From Eledone cirrhosa (Eukaryota), in assembly GCA_964016885.1 (NCBI GenBank), contig OZ024763.1:25296001-25360000 (forward strand): DNA of 64,000 nucleotides, in the 5' to 3' direction. The position numbers and the translations under genes were made by a program. Shown here one piece after another: positions 1 through 16,316 of this stretch (the first letter of the stretch is position 1; every line of letters begins with the position of its first letter). The notes below the pieces were generated by a model, which saw nothing but the letters and a program-made list of their open reading frames with translations, searched no databases and had not been told where the DNA came from.

Positions 1-76
1 TGTACTGGAGCATCAGATATGTATTAATATCAAAACTAAAAACTACCCCACCCCACACAACTACATAATACATAAT

Positions 77-512
77 ATGATCAGCACCACCACCACCACC
101 ACCATCAACGCCGCCATCACCATCAACAACACCACCACCGCCACCATCAACTACAACACCAATATCACCAGCAGCAGCTTAACTACCGACACCACCAACA
201 ACACCATTACCACCATCACCAACAACCACAACCACAACCACCACCATCACCAAAACTACTACCACCAACACCAACCCCACCACCATCACCAACACCACCA
301 CCACCATCACCAACACCACTACCACTATTACCATCACCAACACCACCACCACCAACACCAACACCACCACCATCGCTACTACCATCGCCAACACCCCCAC
401 CAACACCATCACCATCGCCAACACCCCCACCAACACCACTACCACCAACACCAACACCACCACCATCGCCAACACCACTACCACCAACACCAACACCAAC
501 ACCACCACCGCC
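77..512. repeat. (CAC/CAA/CAT)n low-complexity trinucleotide tract
   Basis: Degenerate ACC/AAC/ATC triplets; overlapping ORFs are poly-T/H/V/G artefacts. Confidence 0.9.
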
Positions 513-650
513 ATCTTCCTGCATTAAACCCTATGGCAGTTTCGGAAGAAAAGTGAAAAAACTGTGAACTATAAATCTTCCATTTTCTTATTCATTAGAC
601 TGGGAGAGAAACTTCCATTCTCTTCGGTAATGATATATAATGAAAGAGAT

Positions 651-740
651 GGCACATAGCTAAGTGGTTAGGGCGTTCGGCTCCGGTTCGTGACGTCGTG
701 AGCTCGAATACCGGATCGGGCGGTGTGTGGTGTCTTTGAA
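651..740 (+). mobile_element. tRNA-derived SINE head (truncated, CORE-type)
   Basis: A-box-like TAGCTAAGTGG, B-box-like GAGCTCGAATACC, then GTGTCTTTGA (start of a CORE-like domain); no intact cloverleaf. Confidence 0.6.
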
Positions 741-867
741 AGAGAGAGAGAGGAGGGTACTTGATTTCACGTTTGTTGGGCTGAGAGTGGTGGTGGTGGA
801 GAAGAAAGAATTATAAAGTGAAGTAAGATAGGTAGATAGATGGATAGATAGATAGATAAATAGATAA

Positions 868-927
<60 letters not shown>

Positions 928-960
928 TAGAAAGATAGAGAGATAGATAGATAGACAGAT

Positions 961-1426
961 ATGTTTCTTTATTAGCCACAGGGGCACAAAAGAAGGGGAC
1001 AAATACAAAGGGGGAAGTTTACATACAATAAAAACGTGTAAAATACTATCACAAATGCAATTGAAAAATTAATCGATTTTCCCCCAATAGGGGGAGACAT
1101 TACATATGGGTAACACATTCCCCCGAAAAAATGTGCAACCCTCATCTCCAGAAGTACGAAGAGTGAGTACCCCTCTCCTCTCTTCCTCTTGTTCCTCTAC
1201 CTTCAGGCTGATATAGAGAGAAGGCCCATTCACTCGGGCCATTTCGCCACTTTCACCCACCTTTCATAAAACTTGCTGGGGTACTGCACCTCTCTCTCCA
1301 TCCTGATTCTTCTTCCAAAGTGGTATTTGAAAAAAAGAATCAGTTGTTGGCCGGAGAGAAAGGTGTCTGACCTCAGCCCTTTTAACCTCGTCCACCATGC
1401 AACCTCTTTCGCCATAGCTATCACAC

Positions 1427-1431
<5 letters not shown>
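961..1431 (-). mobile_element. 3' fragment of Tx1/L1-clade LINE inserted in (GATA)n
   Basis: Translation IAMAKEVAWWTRLKGLRSDTFLSGQQL..MEREV matches the C-terminus of ORF 41441-42880; AATAAA near the 3' end; (GATA)n on both sides (about 826-960 and 1430-1517). Confidence 0.9.
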
Positions 1432-1518
<87 letters not shown>

Positions 1519-2016
1519 GTAGGTAGTTAGATAGGTAGATAGATAGGTAGGTTGCAAGTTAAATTGAGAGATGAGTTGATAGGTAAATAGATAGGTAGTT
1601 ACGTTGAGAGGACGATAGATAAAACCAGCTGTCACTAGCAACAATTCTGATGAGACAGGCTATCAGGCGAGCAGACAGGGATATATAGCGAGGCAGGGGA
1701 GTGAGGAAAAGATGGGTGAAAGAAAGGAAACAATACGAGGAAGAAGAAGCAGGCGGAAAGAAAAAAACTGAGCTCTCTAAAATGAGAAGGAAGTATTCGA
1801 GAGGTAACGTGATAGAATAACATCGGCAACAGTGATGCTACTAATGTATGAAAGTCAGATAACGTGCAAAGAAACACATAATATGGATGAAATAGATTGT
1901 AAAATGGATCCTGGAGCCACCATTTATAAATATATTAGACCTCGGACATACACACACATACACAGATTGCACACACATTCAAACATGCACGCTCAGACAC
2001 ACATGCACACACACAG

Positions 2017-2056
<40 letters not shown>

Positions 2057-2158
2057 ATATATATATTTATACATATATTTATACATATATATATATATTT
2101 ATACATATATATATATATTTATACATATATAAATATATTTATACATATATATATATAC

Positions 2159-2205
<47 letters not shown>

Positions 2206-2286
2206 CATATATAAATATATTTATACATATATAAATATATTTATACATATATAAATATATTTATACATATATAAATATATTTATAC

Positions 2287-2337
<51 letters not shown>

Positions 2338-2434
2338 TAAATATATTTATACATATATATATATATATATATATATTTATACATATATATATATATTTAT
2401 ACATATATATATATATTTATACATATCTATATAT

Positions 2435-2494
<60 letters not shown>

Positions 2495-2662
2495 TTTTAT
2501 AAAAAGATTAGCGTTGGGTGAAACTAATACGAATGTGATATGTGTTTGTGTGCATGTGCATATACGCGTGTGTATATGCATGTGTATATGTGTGTGCACG
2601 TGGTGTTATTATCCATACATGCTATATTGACACATGTTTGAGACACTGAATATAGTTAATAA

Positions 2663-2716
<54 letters not shown>

Positions 2717-2959
2717 CAAGATAAATAGGTATATATAGAGTTATATATATATATATATATATAACTCTCTATATATCTTTCTCTCTCGCTATATATATAT
2801 ATATTGTATGTGTGTAAGAGTGAGACAGTGTGTGTGTGTGCGTGCGAGTGTGTGTGTATGTGAGAGTGAGAGAGTGAGGGAAAGTGTATGTGTGTGTGTG
2901 AGTAAGAGTGTGTGTGTGTGTGTATATATAGAGCGAGAGAGAAAAAGATATATAGAGAG

Positions 2960-3009
<50 letters not shown>

Positions 3010-3035
3010 GAAAGGTATATATATATAAATGAAAG

Positions 3036-3081
<46 letters not shown>

Positions 3082-4171
3082 CTCTACAGTGACACGTTAT
3101 ATTGCGTGTCAGCCACGGAAAAACATATCTCTGCTTTCAGATACTTTTTCACCCTTTTCAGTTCTGTGTGTGTATATGTGGCAGAGAGAGACATTGTATG
3201 TGTGTGAGAGTGAGACAGTGTGTGTGTGCGCGTGCGTGTGTGTGTATTTGAGAGTGAGAGAGTGAGGGAAAGTGTGTGTGTGTGAGTAAGAGAGTGTGTG
3301 TGTATGTGTAAGAGAGACATTGTATGTCTGTGTGAGAGTGAGACAGTGTGTGTATGTGTGTGAGAGTGTGTGTGTGTGTATATGTGTAAGAGAGAGACTG
3401 TATGTGTGTGTGTGATAGTGTGACTGTGTGTGTGTATATATGTGTAAGAGAGAGACTGTGTGTGTGTGTGACAGTGAGACAGTGTGTGTGCGTGTGTGTA
3501 TCTGTATAAACCTTTGTGTCTGTCTGTCTGTCTGAACGTCAGTGAGCGTGCGCATGCGTGCTAGTGGAGATAATACATCACAGAATATGTGTTGCTGTTT
3601 TGGTTGTAGTGGCTGTGGTGGTGGTGGTGGTGGCTGTGGTGGTGGTGGTAGGGTTGTTTTGCTGCTGGCCGTGGTGGTGGTGGTGGTGGTAGGTTGTTGT
3701 TATGGTGGAGGTGGTGTTATGATGGAGGTGATGGTCGTAGTGGTGGTGGTGGTGGTAGGGTTGTTGTTATGGTGGAGGTGGTGTTATGATGGAGGTGATG
3801 GTCGTAGTGGTGGTGGTGGTGGTGGTGGTGGTGGTGGTGGTAGGGTTGTTGTTATGGTGGAGGTGGTGTTATGATGGAGGTGATGGTCGTAGTGGTGGTG
3901 GTGGTGGTAGGGTTGTTGTTATGGTGGAGGTGGTGTTATGATGGAGGTGATGGTCGTAGTGGTGGTCGTATTGCTGGTGGTGGTGGTGGTGGTGGTCGTC
4001 GTCGTCGTCGTCGTCGTTGCGGTAGTGGTGGTGGTGGTGGTCGTGGTAGTGGTGGTGGTGGTGGTGGTTGTGGTAGTGGTGGTGGTGGTGGTGGTGGTGG
4101 TTGCTCTCTACAATGCCAAGTTTGGTACTCTCTCTCTCTCTCTCTCTCTCTTCATATATATATGTGTGTGA

Positions 4172-4210
<39 letters not shown>

Positions 4211-4550
4211 CAATAGAATCACAGAACAGTATAAAATGGAAAGGAGAAAGAAGCGTTCCTTTTTTTATCTTTTGTTTCGGGCAAAGAAACTGTGAACCGG
4301 AAGTCAAGCTGTACAAGAAGACATATATTATTTAACTGTAACATCCGGTATATAGTGGACATATTGGAAATATTAAATAAAAACCTCTCTATCAACGTGC
4401 TGTAGTATAAACAATACTACTACAGCACAGATTGTATCGATAAATGGATGCATAGCGTCTTATGTATGTATGTATAACGTAGTATGTATGGATATATATA
4501 TATATTGTATAGCAAACCATGTCAACCTTCTTTCCTGATTTATATATATA

Positions 4551-4739
4551 TATAGGAAAATGTTTAACCCCGACGGCAGAGCTCAAGCCGTTTCGACGGT
4601 TATTTCTGTACTCCAGAAATAGCCGTCGAAACGGCTTGAGCTATGCCGTCGGGGTTAAACATTTTCCTATTACCCACTGTACTACCCTAAGTACACGTTT
4701 CCAGATAAGAAATCTCTCAAAACAAATTCAAAAACGAAT
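4551..4739 (+). mobile_element. Penelope-type fold-back insertion with 3' half of a hammerhead
   Basis: About 120-bp palindrome 4551-4670 plus one-sided tail 4671-4739, flanked by (TA)n; contains GAAA-CGGC..GCCG-UC-GGGG. Confidence 0.7.
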
Positions 4740-4989
4740 TATATATATATATATATATATGAGAATAAACGTGCTGCGTGGTGGCAAATGGGTTACATAT
4801 GAATAAAGTGGTCCTTCATCAGTGATCTTCCAACCATCATGGGTATTTCTTCGCTTTAAAGAACATATACCTCCGGTTAGTGCGAGCAACGGCTAAAATA
4901 GTCGTTGGGACACATAAATAAAGGGGACAGCGAGAGTGTAAACAAACAAAGATGGTGGAGCAACGAAATGTGAGGAAGAACGAGTCAAG

Positions 4990-5535
4990 TCCCAACCGAA
5001 TTTTTTCAAACTTCACATGTGTATGACTTATGTTTCAGGGAGTGTTATGCACATAAAATTCAACTTTTTGATCCCCTAGGTGAAAAACTGCGTTTTTTTT
5101 TCAGCTTTTTATGGGTATTTTGAGGCGTTACGTCAGACCGATTTCCTTGAAATTGTAACTATATATTAGTCAGTCTCTTCTTCATACCGTGAGCAAAGAA
5201 AATCCAACTTTTTATGGCCTTAGGTGAAAAACTTCATTTATTTAGCTTTTGGGGGCTTTTTTGAGGCGTTACGTCTAGCCGATTTTCCCGAAATTTCACG
5301 GCATATTATGCACATAAAAAAATTCATTTTCTTGATCCCCTAGGGCCTGCATTAGGTGAAAACCTGCATTTTTCCTGCTTCATCGAGGAAAATCTTAAAG
5401 ATTATCCAGCCATCAGAGTATTCGGTTTATTTTGTTTATATATTGTCCAGGCATGCAGTTTTTCCACGATTAGGTCTGTTGGCGTCCCGCGTTCCAAAAT
5501 ACCTTATCCCGTGCAACGCCGGGTACCACTGCTAG
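4990..5535 (+). mobile_element. Non-autonomous Helitron, 3' end (5' boundary uncertain)
   Basis: Subterminal hairpin CCCGTGCAACGCCGGG (5508-5523), then CTAG|T at 5532-5536; internal imperfect repeats (TTTTGAGGCGTTACGTC..CCGATTT) upstream. Confidence 0.7.
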
Positions 5536-5672
5536 TTTAATATAATGAAGAGAGATAAACACAGATATATACATATTTGTGTTCAAATTATAAGGGACCA
5601 GATTCGCTAGGGAGTTTCTAACTCAATATATACTTTGATATATATATATTATGAAATACTGTTGGCTTCTTG

Positions 5673-5799
<127 letters not shown>

Positions 5800-5857
5800 A
5801 TATATATAAGCAGACGTTTATGCTAATGAACATCCTTCTCTAGAGTGACATTGAGAC

Positions 5858-5918
5858 TGTTGTTGTTGTTGTTGTTGTTGCAGTTGTAGTTATCATCATC
5901 GGTTTAGTTGCTGTTGTT

Positions 5919-5950
<32 letters not shown>

Positions 5951-6237
5951 CGTCGTCGTTGTTGTTGCTGTTGTGGTGGTGGTGCCGTTGATGGTGGTGT
6001 TGTTGTTGATGTTGTTGTCGTCGTCGTTGTTGCTGTTGTTGTTGCAGTTGTTGCTGTTGTTGTTGCTGTTGTTGCTGTTGTTGTTGTTGCTGCTGTTACT
6101 GTTGCTGCTGTTGTTGTTGTTGCAGTTGTTGCTGTTGCTGTTGTTGTTGTTGTTGTTGTTGCTGTTGTTGCAGTTGTTACCGTTGCTGCTGTTGTTACTG
6201 TTGCTGCTGTTGTTGTTGTTGCAGTTGTTGCTGTTGC

Positions 6238-6271
<34 letters not shown>

Positions 6272-6415
6272 GCAGTTGTTACTGTTGCTGCTGTTGTTAC
6301 TGTTGCTGTTGCTGTTGTTGTTGCAGTTGTTGCTGTTGCTGTTGCTGTTGTTGTTGCAGTTGTTGCTGTTGCTGTTGCTGTTGTTGCTGTTGTTGTTGTT
6401 GCAGTTGTTACTGTT

Positions 6416-6479
<64 letters not shown>

Positions 6480-6680
6480 TTTTTGTTGTTTTTGTTGCTG
6501 CTGTTGTTGTTGTTGCTGTTGCTGCTGTTGCTGTTGTCACCGTCATCGTTGTTGCAGTTGTAGTTATCATCATTCGGTGTAGTTGTTATTGTTGTCGTTG
6601 TTGCTGTTGTTGTTGCAGTTGTAGTTATCATCATTCGGTGTAGTTGCTATTGCTATTGTTGTTGTTGTTACAGTTGCAGC
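5858..6680. repeat. (GTT/GCT)n compound microsatellite
   Basis: Direct reading; poly-N/T/L ORFs are artefacts. Confidence 0.95.
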
Positions 6681-6846
6681 AGTCTCTATCCCTCGGAGAC
6701 CGGAAGCTCAGAACTCGGCAGCCATTCATGGTATATTCCCGTGGAATCGGTTCTTTTCTTTCAAACTAATTCGCATTTCATTCCTCTCTATATCCACCAA
6801 TCGCTGCTTTCTATACCTTGTTACTGTGTACGTGTGTATATGTGCG

Positions 6847-6881
<35 letters not shown>

Positions 6882-6974
6882 ATGGATATATATGTATATA
6901 TATATATATGTATATATATGTATATATATACATATATATATATATATATAGATGTATATGTATGTATACATATA

Positions 6975-7057
<83 letters not shown>

Positions 7058-7096
7058 TTATATACATGTATATGTATATAAGTGTATATATATATA

Positions 7097-7178
<82 letters not shown>

Positions 7179-7230
7179 GCTTCTATCTGACTATATGTAT
7201 ATATATTTATATATCTATCTATCTAACTAT

Positions 7231-7338
<108 letters not shown>

Positions 7339-7398
7339 GTATATAAATAGATAGATATATTTCTTTATAAATAGATAGATAGACAGATAGATAGATAA

Positions 7399-7450
<52 letters not shown>

Positions 7451-7907
7451 ATAACCATTGTCATTGTTCCTTAGCGGACATTTCTATTCCTGCCACGAAA
7501 TACGTCCATCCACATCTATTCTACCTCCTCCTTCTCCTTCTCTCCTCCTTCTCCTCCGACTAAACTCCCTCCCACCTTACTCCCTTTCCATTCTGAACTC
7601 TCCATCAACGTCCCACCACCAACCCCAACTCCGTACACTCAATATTTCTCTCCCTTTGTCACCGTAGATACGTTCTCTTTACATCCGCCATATTTCTCTA
7701 TTATTTATAACGCTACTCAACTGTATTGTGTACAAACAATACGCAACAGCGGGCGGAAGTTCACCGGACGCTATTTTTCATATACCGCTTGTGGACGCCA
7801 TATTTTGTCCATATTCAATCTTTGTTGCATATCTAAATACACTAAATACAGATGTGCATGCAGGTACATGTACGTGAAGTCCTACTTACATAGATATATA
7901 CTACACA

Positions 7908-7951
<44 letters not shown>

Positions 7952-7991
7952 TGTGAACATGTGTGTGTGAGTATATATATGTATATGTATC

Positions 7992-8046
<55 letters not shown>

Positions 8047-8127
8047 TTATATGTAGAGTGAGATATACATATATATACAGACACATATACACATGCATAT
8101 ATATATATATATATACAAATACATATG

Positions 8128-8246
<119 letters not shown>

Positions 8247-8308
8247 CATATATATATATATAGATAAAATATATATATACATATACTTATATATACATAT
8301 TTATATAC

Positions 8309-8379
<71 letters not shown>

Positions 8380-8394
8380 CATATATATATACAC

Positions 8395-8444
<50 letters not shown>

Positions 8445-8528
8445 ATGTGCATATGCATACACGCATAAAGATGCACACATACATATATACCTAAAAATAC
8501 ATACACATATCCATACACGTATAAGCAT

Positions 8529-8564
<36 letters not shown>

Positions 8565-8744
8565 CCATATATATATATATATATACACATAAACGTGCAG
8601 ATGCACACACGTACACACATGCACATGCTCAAATGCACGCCTTCTCGCTTGTGGTAATGTGTACCTAAGCGACAACACAACGATGGCCACTACAACACCA
8701 CTACACCACTACCACCTCCATTACTACCAACACTACTACCACTA

Positions 8745-11700
8745 CTACCAATACACCACCACTAACATCACCACCACCACTAGCACACCAACACCACAAC
8801 TACCACCTCCATCACTACCAACACTACCAACACTACTACCAACACACCACTACTATCATCACCACCACCACTAGCACACCAACACCACAACTACCACCTC
8901 CATCACTACCAACACTACTACCACTACTACCAATACACCACCACTAACATCACCACCACCACTAGCACACCAACACCACAACTACCACCTCCATCACTAC
9001 CAACACTACTACCACTACTACCAACACACCACCACTAACATCACCACCACCACTAGCACACCAACACCACAACTACCACCTCCATCACTACCAACACTAC
9101 TACCAATACACCACTACTAACATCACCACCACCACTAGCACACCAACACCACAACTACCACCTCCATCACTACCAACACTACTACCAACACACCACCACT
9201 AACATCACCACCACCACTAGCACACCAACACCACAACTACCACCTCCATCACTACCAACACTACTACCAACACACCACTACTAACATCACCACCACCACT
9301 AGCACACCACCACCACTAGCTCACCAACACCACAACTACCACCTCCATCACTAACAACACTACTACCAACACACCACTACTAACATCACCACCACCACTA
9401 GCACACCACCACCACTAGCTCACCAACACCACAACTACCACCTCCATCACTACCAACACTACTACCACTACTACCAATACACCACCACTAACATCACCAC
9501 CACCACTAGCACACCAACACCACAACTACCACCTCCATCACTACCAACACTACTACCAACACACCACTACTAACATCACCACCACCACTAGCACACCAAC
9601 GCCACAACTACCACCTCCATCACTACCAACACTACTACCACTACTACCAACACACCACCACTAACATCACCACCACCACTAGCACACCAACACCACAACT
9701 ACCACCTCCATCACTACCAACACTACTACCAACACACCACTACTAACATCACCACCACCACTAGCACACCAACGCCACAACTACCACCTCCATCACTACC
9801 AACACTACTACCACTACTACCAACACACCACCACTAACATCACCACCACCACTAGCACACCAACACCACAACTACCACCTCCATCACTACCAACACTACT
9901 ACCACTACTACCAACACACCACCACTAACATCACCACCACCACTAGCACACCAACACCACAACTACCACCTCCATCACTACCAACACTACTACCAATACA
10001 CCACTACTGACATCACCACCACCACTAGCACACCAACACCACAACTACCACCTCCATCACTACCAACACTACTACCACTACTACCAATACACCACCACTA
10101 ACATCACCACCACCACTAGCACGCTAACACCACAACTACCACCTCCATCACTACCAACACTACTACCACTACTACCAGTACATCACCACCACCACGAGCT
10201 CACCAACACCACAACTACCACCTCCATCACTACCAACACTACTACCAATACACCACCACTAACATCACCACCACCACTAGCTCACCAACACCACAACTAC
10301 CACCTCCATCACTACCAACACTACCAACACTACTACCAATACACCACCACTAACATCACCACCACCACTAGCACGCTAACACCACAACTACCACCTCCAT
10401 CACTACCAACACTACCACCACTACTACCAACACACCACCACTAACATCACCACCACCACTAGCACACCAACACCACAACTACCACCTCCATCACTACCAA
10501 CACTACCAACACTACTACCAATACACCACCACTAACATCACCACCACCACTAGCACGCTAACACCACAACTACCACCTCCATCACTACCAACACTACTAC
10601 CACTACTACCAATACACCACCACTAACATCACCACCACCACTAGCACACCAACACCACAACTACCACCTCCATCACTACCAACACTACTACCACTACTAC
10701 CAGTACATCACCACCACCACGAGCTCACCAACACCACAACTACCACCTCCATCACTACCAACACTACTACCAATACACCACTACTACCAGTACATCACCA
10801 CCACCACTAGCACACCAACACCACAACTACCACCTCCATCACTACCAACACTACTACCACTACTACCAATACACCACCACTAACATCACCACCACCACTA
10901 GCTCACCAACACCACAACTACCACCTCCATCACTACCAACACTACTACCACTACTACCAATACACCACCACTAACATCACCACCACCACTAGCTCACCAA
11001 CACCACAACTACCACCTCCATCACTACCAACACTACTACCACTACTACCAATACACCACCACTAACATCACCACCACCACTAGCTCACCAACACCACAAC
11101 TACCACCTCCATCACTACCAACACTACTACCACTACTACCAATACACCACCACTAACATCACCACCACCACTAGCTCACCAACACCACAACTACCACCTC
11201 CATCACTACCAACACTACTACCACTACTACCAATACACCACCACTAACATCACCACCACCACGAGCTCACCAACACCACAACTACCACCTCCATCACTAC
11301 CAACACTACTACCACTACTACCAGTACATCACCACCACCACTAGCACACCAACACCACAACTACCACCTCCATCACTACCAACACTACTACCACTACTAC
11401 CAATACACCACCACTAACATCACCACCACCACTAGCACACCAATACCACAACTACCACCTCCATCACTACCAACACTACCACCACTACTACCAATACACC
11501 ACCACTAACATCACCACCACCACTAGCACACCAACACCACAACTACCACCTCCATCACTACCAACACTACTACCAATACACCACCACTAACATCACCACC
11601 ACCACTAGCTCACCAACACCACAACTACCACCTCCATCACTAACAACACTACTACCACTACTACCAATACACCACCACTAACATCACCACCACCACTAGC

Positions 11701-14685
11701 ACACCAATACCACAACTACCACCTCCATCACTACCTACACTACTACCAATACACTACCACTAACATCACCACCACCACTAGCTCACCAACACCACAACTA
11801 CCACCTCCATCACTACCAACACTACCACCACTACTACCAACACACCACCACTAACATCACCACCACCACTAGCACACCAACACCACAACTACCACCTCCA
11901 TCACTACCAACACTACCACCACTACTACCAACACACCACCACTAACATCACCACCACCACTAGCACACCAACACCACAACTACCACCTCCATCACTACCA
12001 ACACTACTACCACTACTACCAATACACACCACTAACATCACTACCACCACCACTAGCTCACCAACACCACAACTACCACCTCCATCACTACCAACACTAC
12101 TACCAATACACCACCACTAACATCACCACCACCACTAGCACACCAACACCACAACTACCACCTCCATCACTAACAACACTACTACCACTACTACCAATAC
12201 ACCACCACTAACATCACCACCACCACTAGCACACCAACACCACAACTACCACCTCCATCACTACCAACACTACTACCAATACACCACCACTAACATCACC
12301 ACCACCACTAGCACACCAACACCACAACTACCACCTCCATCACTACCAACACTACTACCAATACACCACCACTAACATCACCACCACCACTAGCACACCA
12401 ACACCACAACTACCACCTCCATCACTACCAACACTACTACCAATACACCACCACTAACATCACCACCACCACTAGCACACCAACACCACAACTACCACCT
12501 CCATCACTACCAACACTACTACCAATACACCACCACTAACATCACCACCACCACTAGCACACCAACACCACAACTACCACCTCCATCACTACCAACACTA
12601 CTACCAATACACCTCCACTAACATCACCACCACCACTAGCACACCAACACCACAACTACCACCTCCATCACTACCAACACTACTACCAACACACCACTAC
12701 TAACATCACCACCACCACTAGCTCACCAACACCACAACTACCACCTCCATCACTACCAACACTACTACCACTACTACCAATACACCACCACTAACATCAC
12801 CACCACCACTAGCACACCAACACCACAACTACCACCTCCATCACTACCAACACTACTACCACTACTACCAGTACATCACCACCACCACTAGCACACCAAC
12901 ACCACAACTACCACCTCCATCACTACCAACACTACTACCACTACTACCAGTACATCACCACCACCACTAGCACACCAACACCACAACTACCACCTCCATC
13001 ACTACTACCAATACTACCAATACACCACCACTAACATCACCACCACCACTAGCACACCAACACCACAACTACCACCTCCATCACTACTACCAATACTACC
13101 AATACACCACCACTAACATCACCACCACCACTAGCACACCAACACCACAACTACCACCTCCATCACTACCAACACTACTACCACTACTACCAATACACCA
13201 CCACAAACATCACCACCACCACTAGCTCACCAACACCACAACTACCACCTCCATCACTACCAACACTACCACCACTACTACCAATACACCACCACTAACA
13301 TCACCACCACCACTAGCTCACCAACACCACAACTACCACCTCCATCACTACCAACACTACCACCACTACTACCAATACACCACCACTAACATCACCACCA
13401 CCACTAGCACACCAACACCACAACTACCACCTCCATCACTACCAACACTACCAACACTACTACCAATACACCACCACTAACATCACCACCACCACTAGCA
13501 CACCAACACCACAACTACCACTTCCATCACTACCAACACTACCATCACTACTACCAACACACCACCACTAACATCACCACCACCACTAGCACACCAACAC
13601 CACAACTACCACCTCCATCACTACCAACGCTACTACCACTACTACCAACACACCACCACTAACATCACCACCACCACTAGCTCACCAACACCACAACTAC
13701 CACCTCCATCACTACCAACACTACTACCACTACTACCAATACACCACCACTAACATCACTACCACCACCACTAGCTCACCAACACCACAACTACCACCTC
13801 CATCACTACCAACACTACTACCAATACACCACCACTAACATCACCACCACCACTAGCACACCAACACCACAACTACCACCTCCATCACTACTACCAATAC
13901 TACCAATACACCACCACTAACATCACCACCACCACTAGGTCACCAACACCACAACTACCACCTCCATCACTACCAACACTACTACCAATACACCACCACT
14001 AACATCACCACCACCACTAGCACACCAACACCACAACTACCACCTCCATCACTACTACCACTACTACCAATACACCACCACTAACATCACCACCACCACT
14101 AGGTCACCAACACCACAACTACCACCTCCATCACTACCAACACTACTACCAATACACCACCACTAACATCACCACCACCACTAGCACACCAACACCACAA
14201 CTACCACCTCCATCACTACTACCAATACTACCAATACACCACCACTAACATCACCACCACCACTAGCACACCAACACCACAACTACCACCTCCATCACTA
14301 CCAACACTACTACCACTACTACCAATACACCACCACTAACATCACCACCACCACCACTAGCTCACCAACACCACAACTACCACCTCCATCACTACCAACA
14401 CTACTACCAATACACCACCACTAACATCACCACCACCACTAGCACACCAACACCACAACTACCACCTCCATCACTACCAACACTACTACCACTACTACCA
14501 ATACACCACCACTAACATCACCACCACCACTAGCACACCAACACCACAACTACCACCTCCATCACTACTACCAATACTACCAATACACCACCACTAACAT
14601 CACCACCACCACTAGCACACCAACACCACAACTACCACCTCCAGCACTACCAACACTACTACCACTACTACCAATACACCACCAC
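8745..14685. repeat. 82/91-bp C/A-rich minisatellite (roughly 65-70 units)
   Basis: Unit ACCACTAACATCACCACCACCACTAGCACACCAACACCACAACTACCACCTCCATCACTACCAACACTACTACC(ACTACTACC)AATACACC; periods of 82 (e.g. 12241 to 12323) and 91 (10861 to 10952). Confidence 0.95.
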
Positions 14686-15710
14686 CACACACACTCCGCT
14701 ACTGCTACCACCAACACCACTACCTCTACACTACCATCTCCAATACCACTGCTACAAACACCCCAACCTCTACCACTCCAACCACCACCACCACTACAAA
14801 TGCACCACCACTACACTGCCGTAACCACCATCACTACACCACCGCTGCCACCACCTTCACCTCACCACCATATCTACACTACCACCAACACCACCTTTAC
14901 CACTTCCATCAGCCACCCCAACAACGCAACCATCACATAACTATCACCACCACCACCATCGCCAACACCACACCCACTACCACAACGTTTCCACTACACC
15001 ACTGAAACGAACAACACCACTCACCACCACTACCACAGCCACAACTACACCACCGTAACCAACAACACCACTACACCTCCCACCACAGTACACTACACTA
15101 CAACCACCACCACCTCCTCCACCAGCACCACCACGTCCACCACCACCACTACCACCTACACAACCACACCACCACCACCACTACACCACCAACATCACCA
15201 CCACCACCTCCACTACTACCACAGCCACAACTTCACCACCACCACCACCACCACCACCACCTCCACCACCACCACTACCACCTACACAACCACATCACCA
15301 CCACTACACCACCAACATCACCACCACTACACCATCACCACCTCCTTCACTGTCTCCCTGTTCTCGGCTATTCTCGTCGTGTCGAACGAGATATATTTCC
15401 AGGAAATTAAATCGCCTCTTATACTAAACACTCACTTGTAAATCCTCTAAAAAAATCAGCTTTAAATATTTCACAGACGAGTGTTTTTCTCTACGACTAC
15501 AGCTCGCCTAGTGTATTTTATATTGTTTGTTTTTTTTGGGGGGGGGTTTGGTGGTGGTTGGGGTGGGGGGGGGGGGGGGGAATAAACCTGCTGCTACTTG
15601 TCTTGTCTATATACATATCTCTCTCTCTCTCTCAATATATATATATGTGTGTGTGTGTATATGTGTGTCTATATATGTGCGTGCAAGTATTTATGTTGTG
15701 TATAAATAAA

Positions 15711-15877
<167 letters not shown>

Positions 15878-15900
15878 ATTTATATACATATATATATATT

Positions 15901-15933
<33 letters not shown>

Positions 15934-15944
15934 ATATATATTTT

Positions 15945-15975
<31 letters not shown>

Positions 15976-16008
15976 ATTTATACATATATATATATATTTA
16001 TACATACA

Positions 16009-16085
<77 letters not shown>

Positions 16086-16151
16086 TATCTATGTATATAC
16101 CTATCTATTTATCTATCGACTTATCTATTTATCTGCTTATTAATTAATCTC

Positions 16152-16207
<56 letters not shown>

Positions 16208-16276
16208 TATTTATATATATATATATAATTATATATATATATTTATATATCTACTTATCTATCTACACACACACAC

Positions 16277-16316
<40 letters not shown>

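Noticed and set aside
651-725. Possible tRNA gene
   Set aside because: No acceptor or anticodon stem pairing; continues into SINE body
1647-1680. CTGATGA hammerhead-like core
   Set aside because: No stem II closing onto GAAA and no stem I/III
3110-3166. Minus-strand CUGAAAA..GAAA
   Set aside because: C3-A8 mismatch, weak stem II and no stem III
4808-4830. Minus-strand CUGAUGA-AGGACCAC near (TA)n
   Set aside because: Only the 5' half is present with no GAAA/NUH partner; may be a truncated relic but is unsupported
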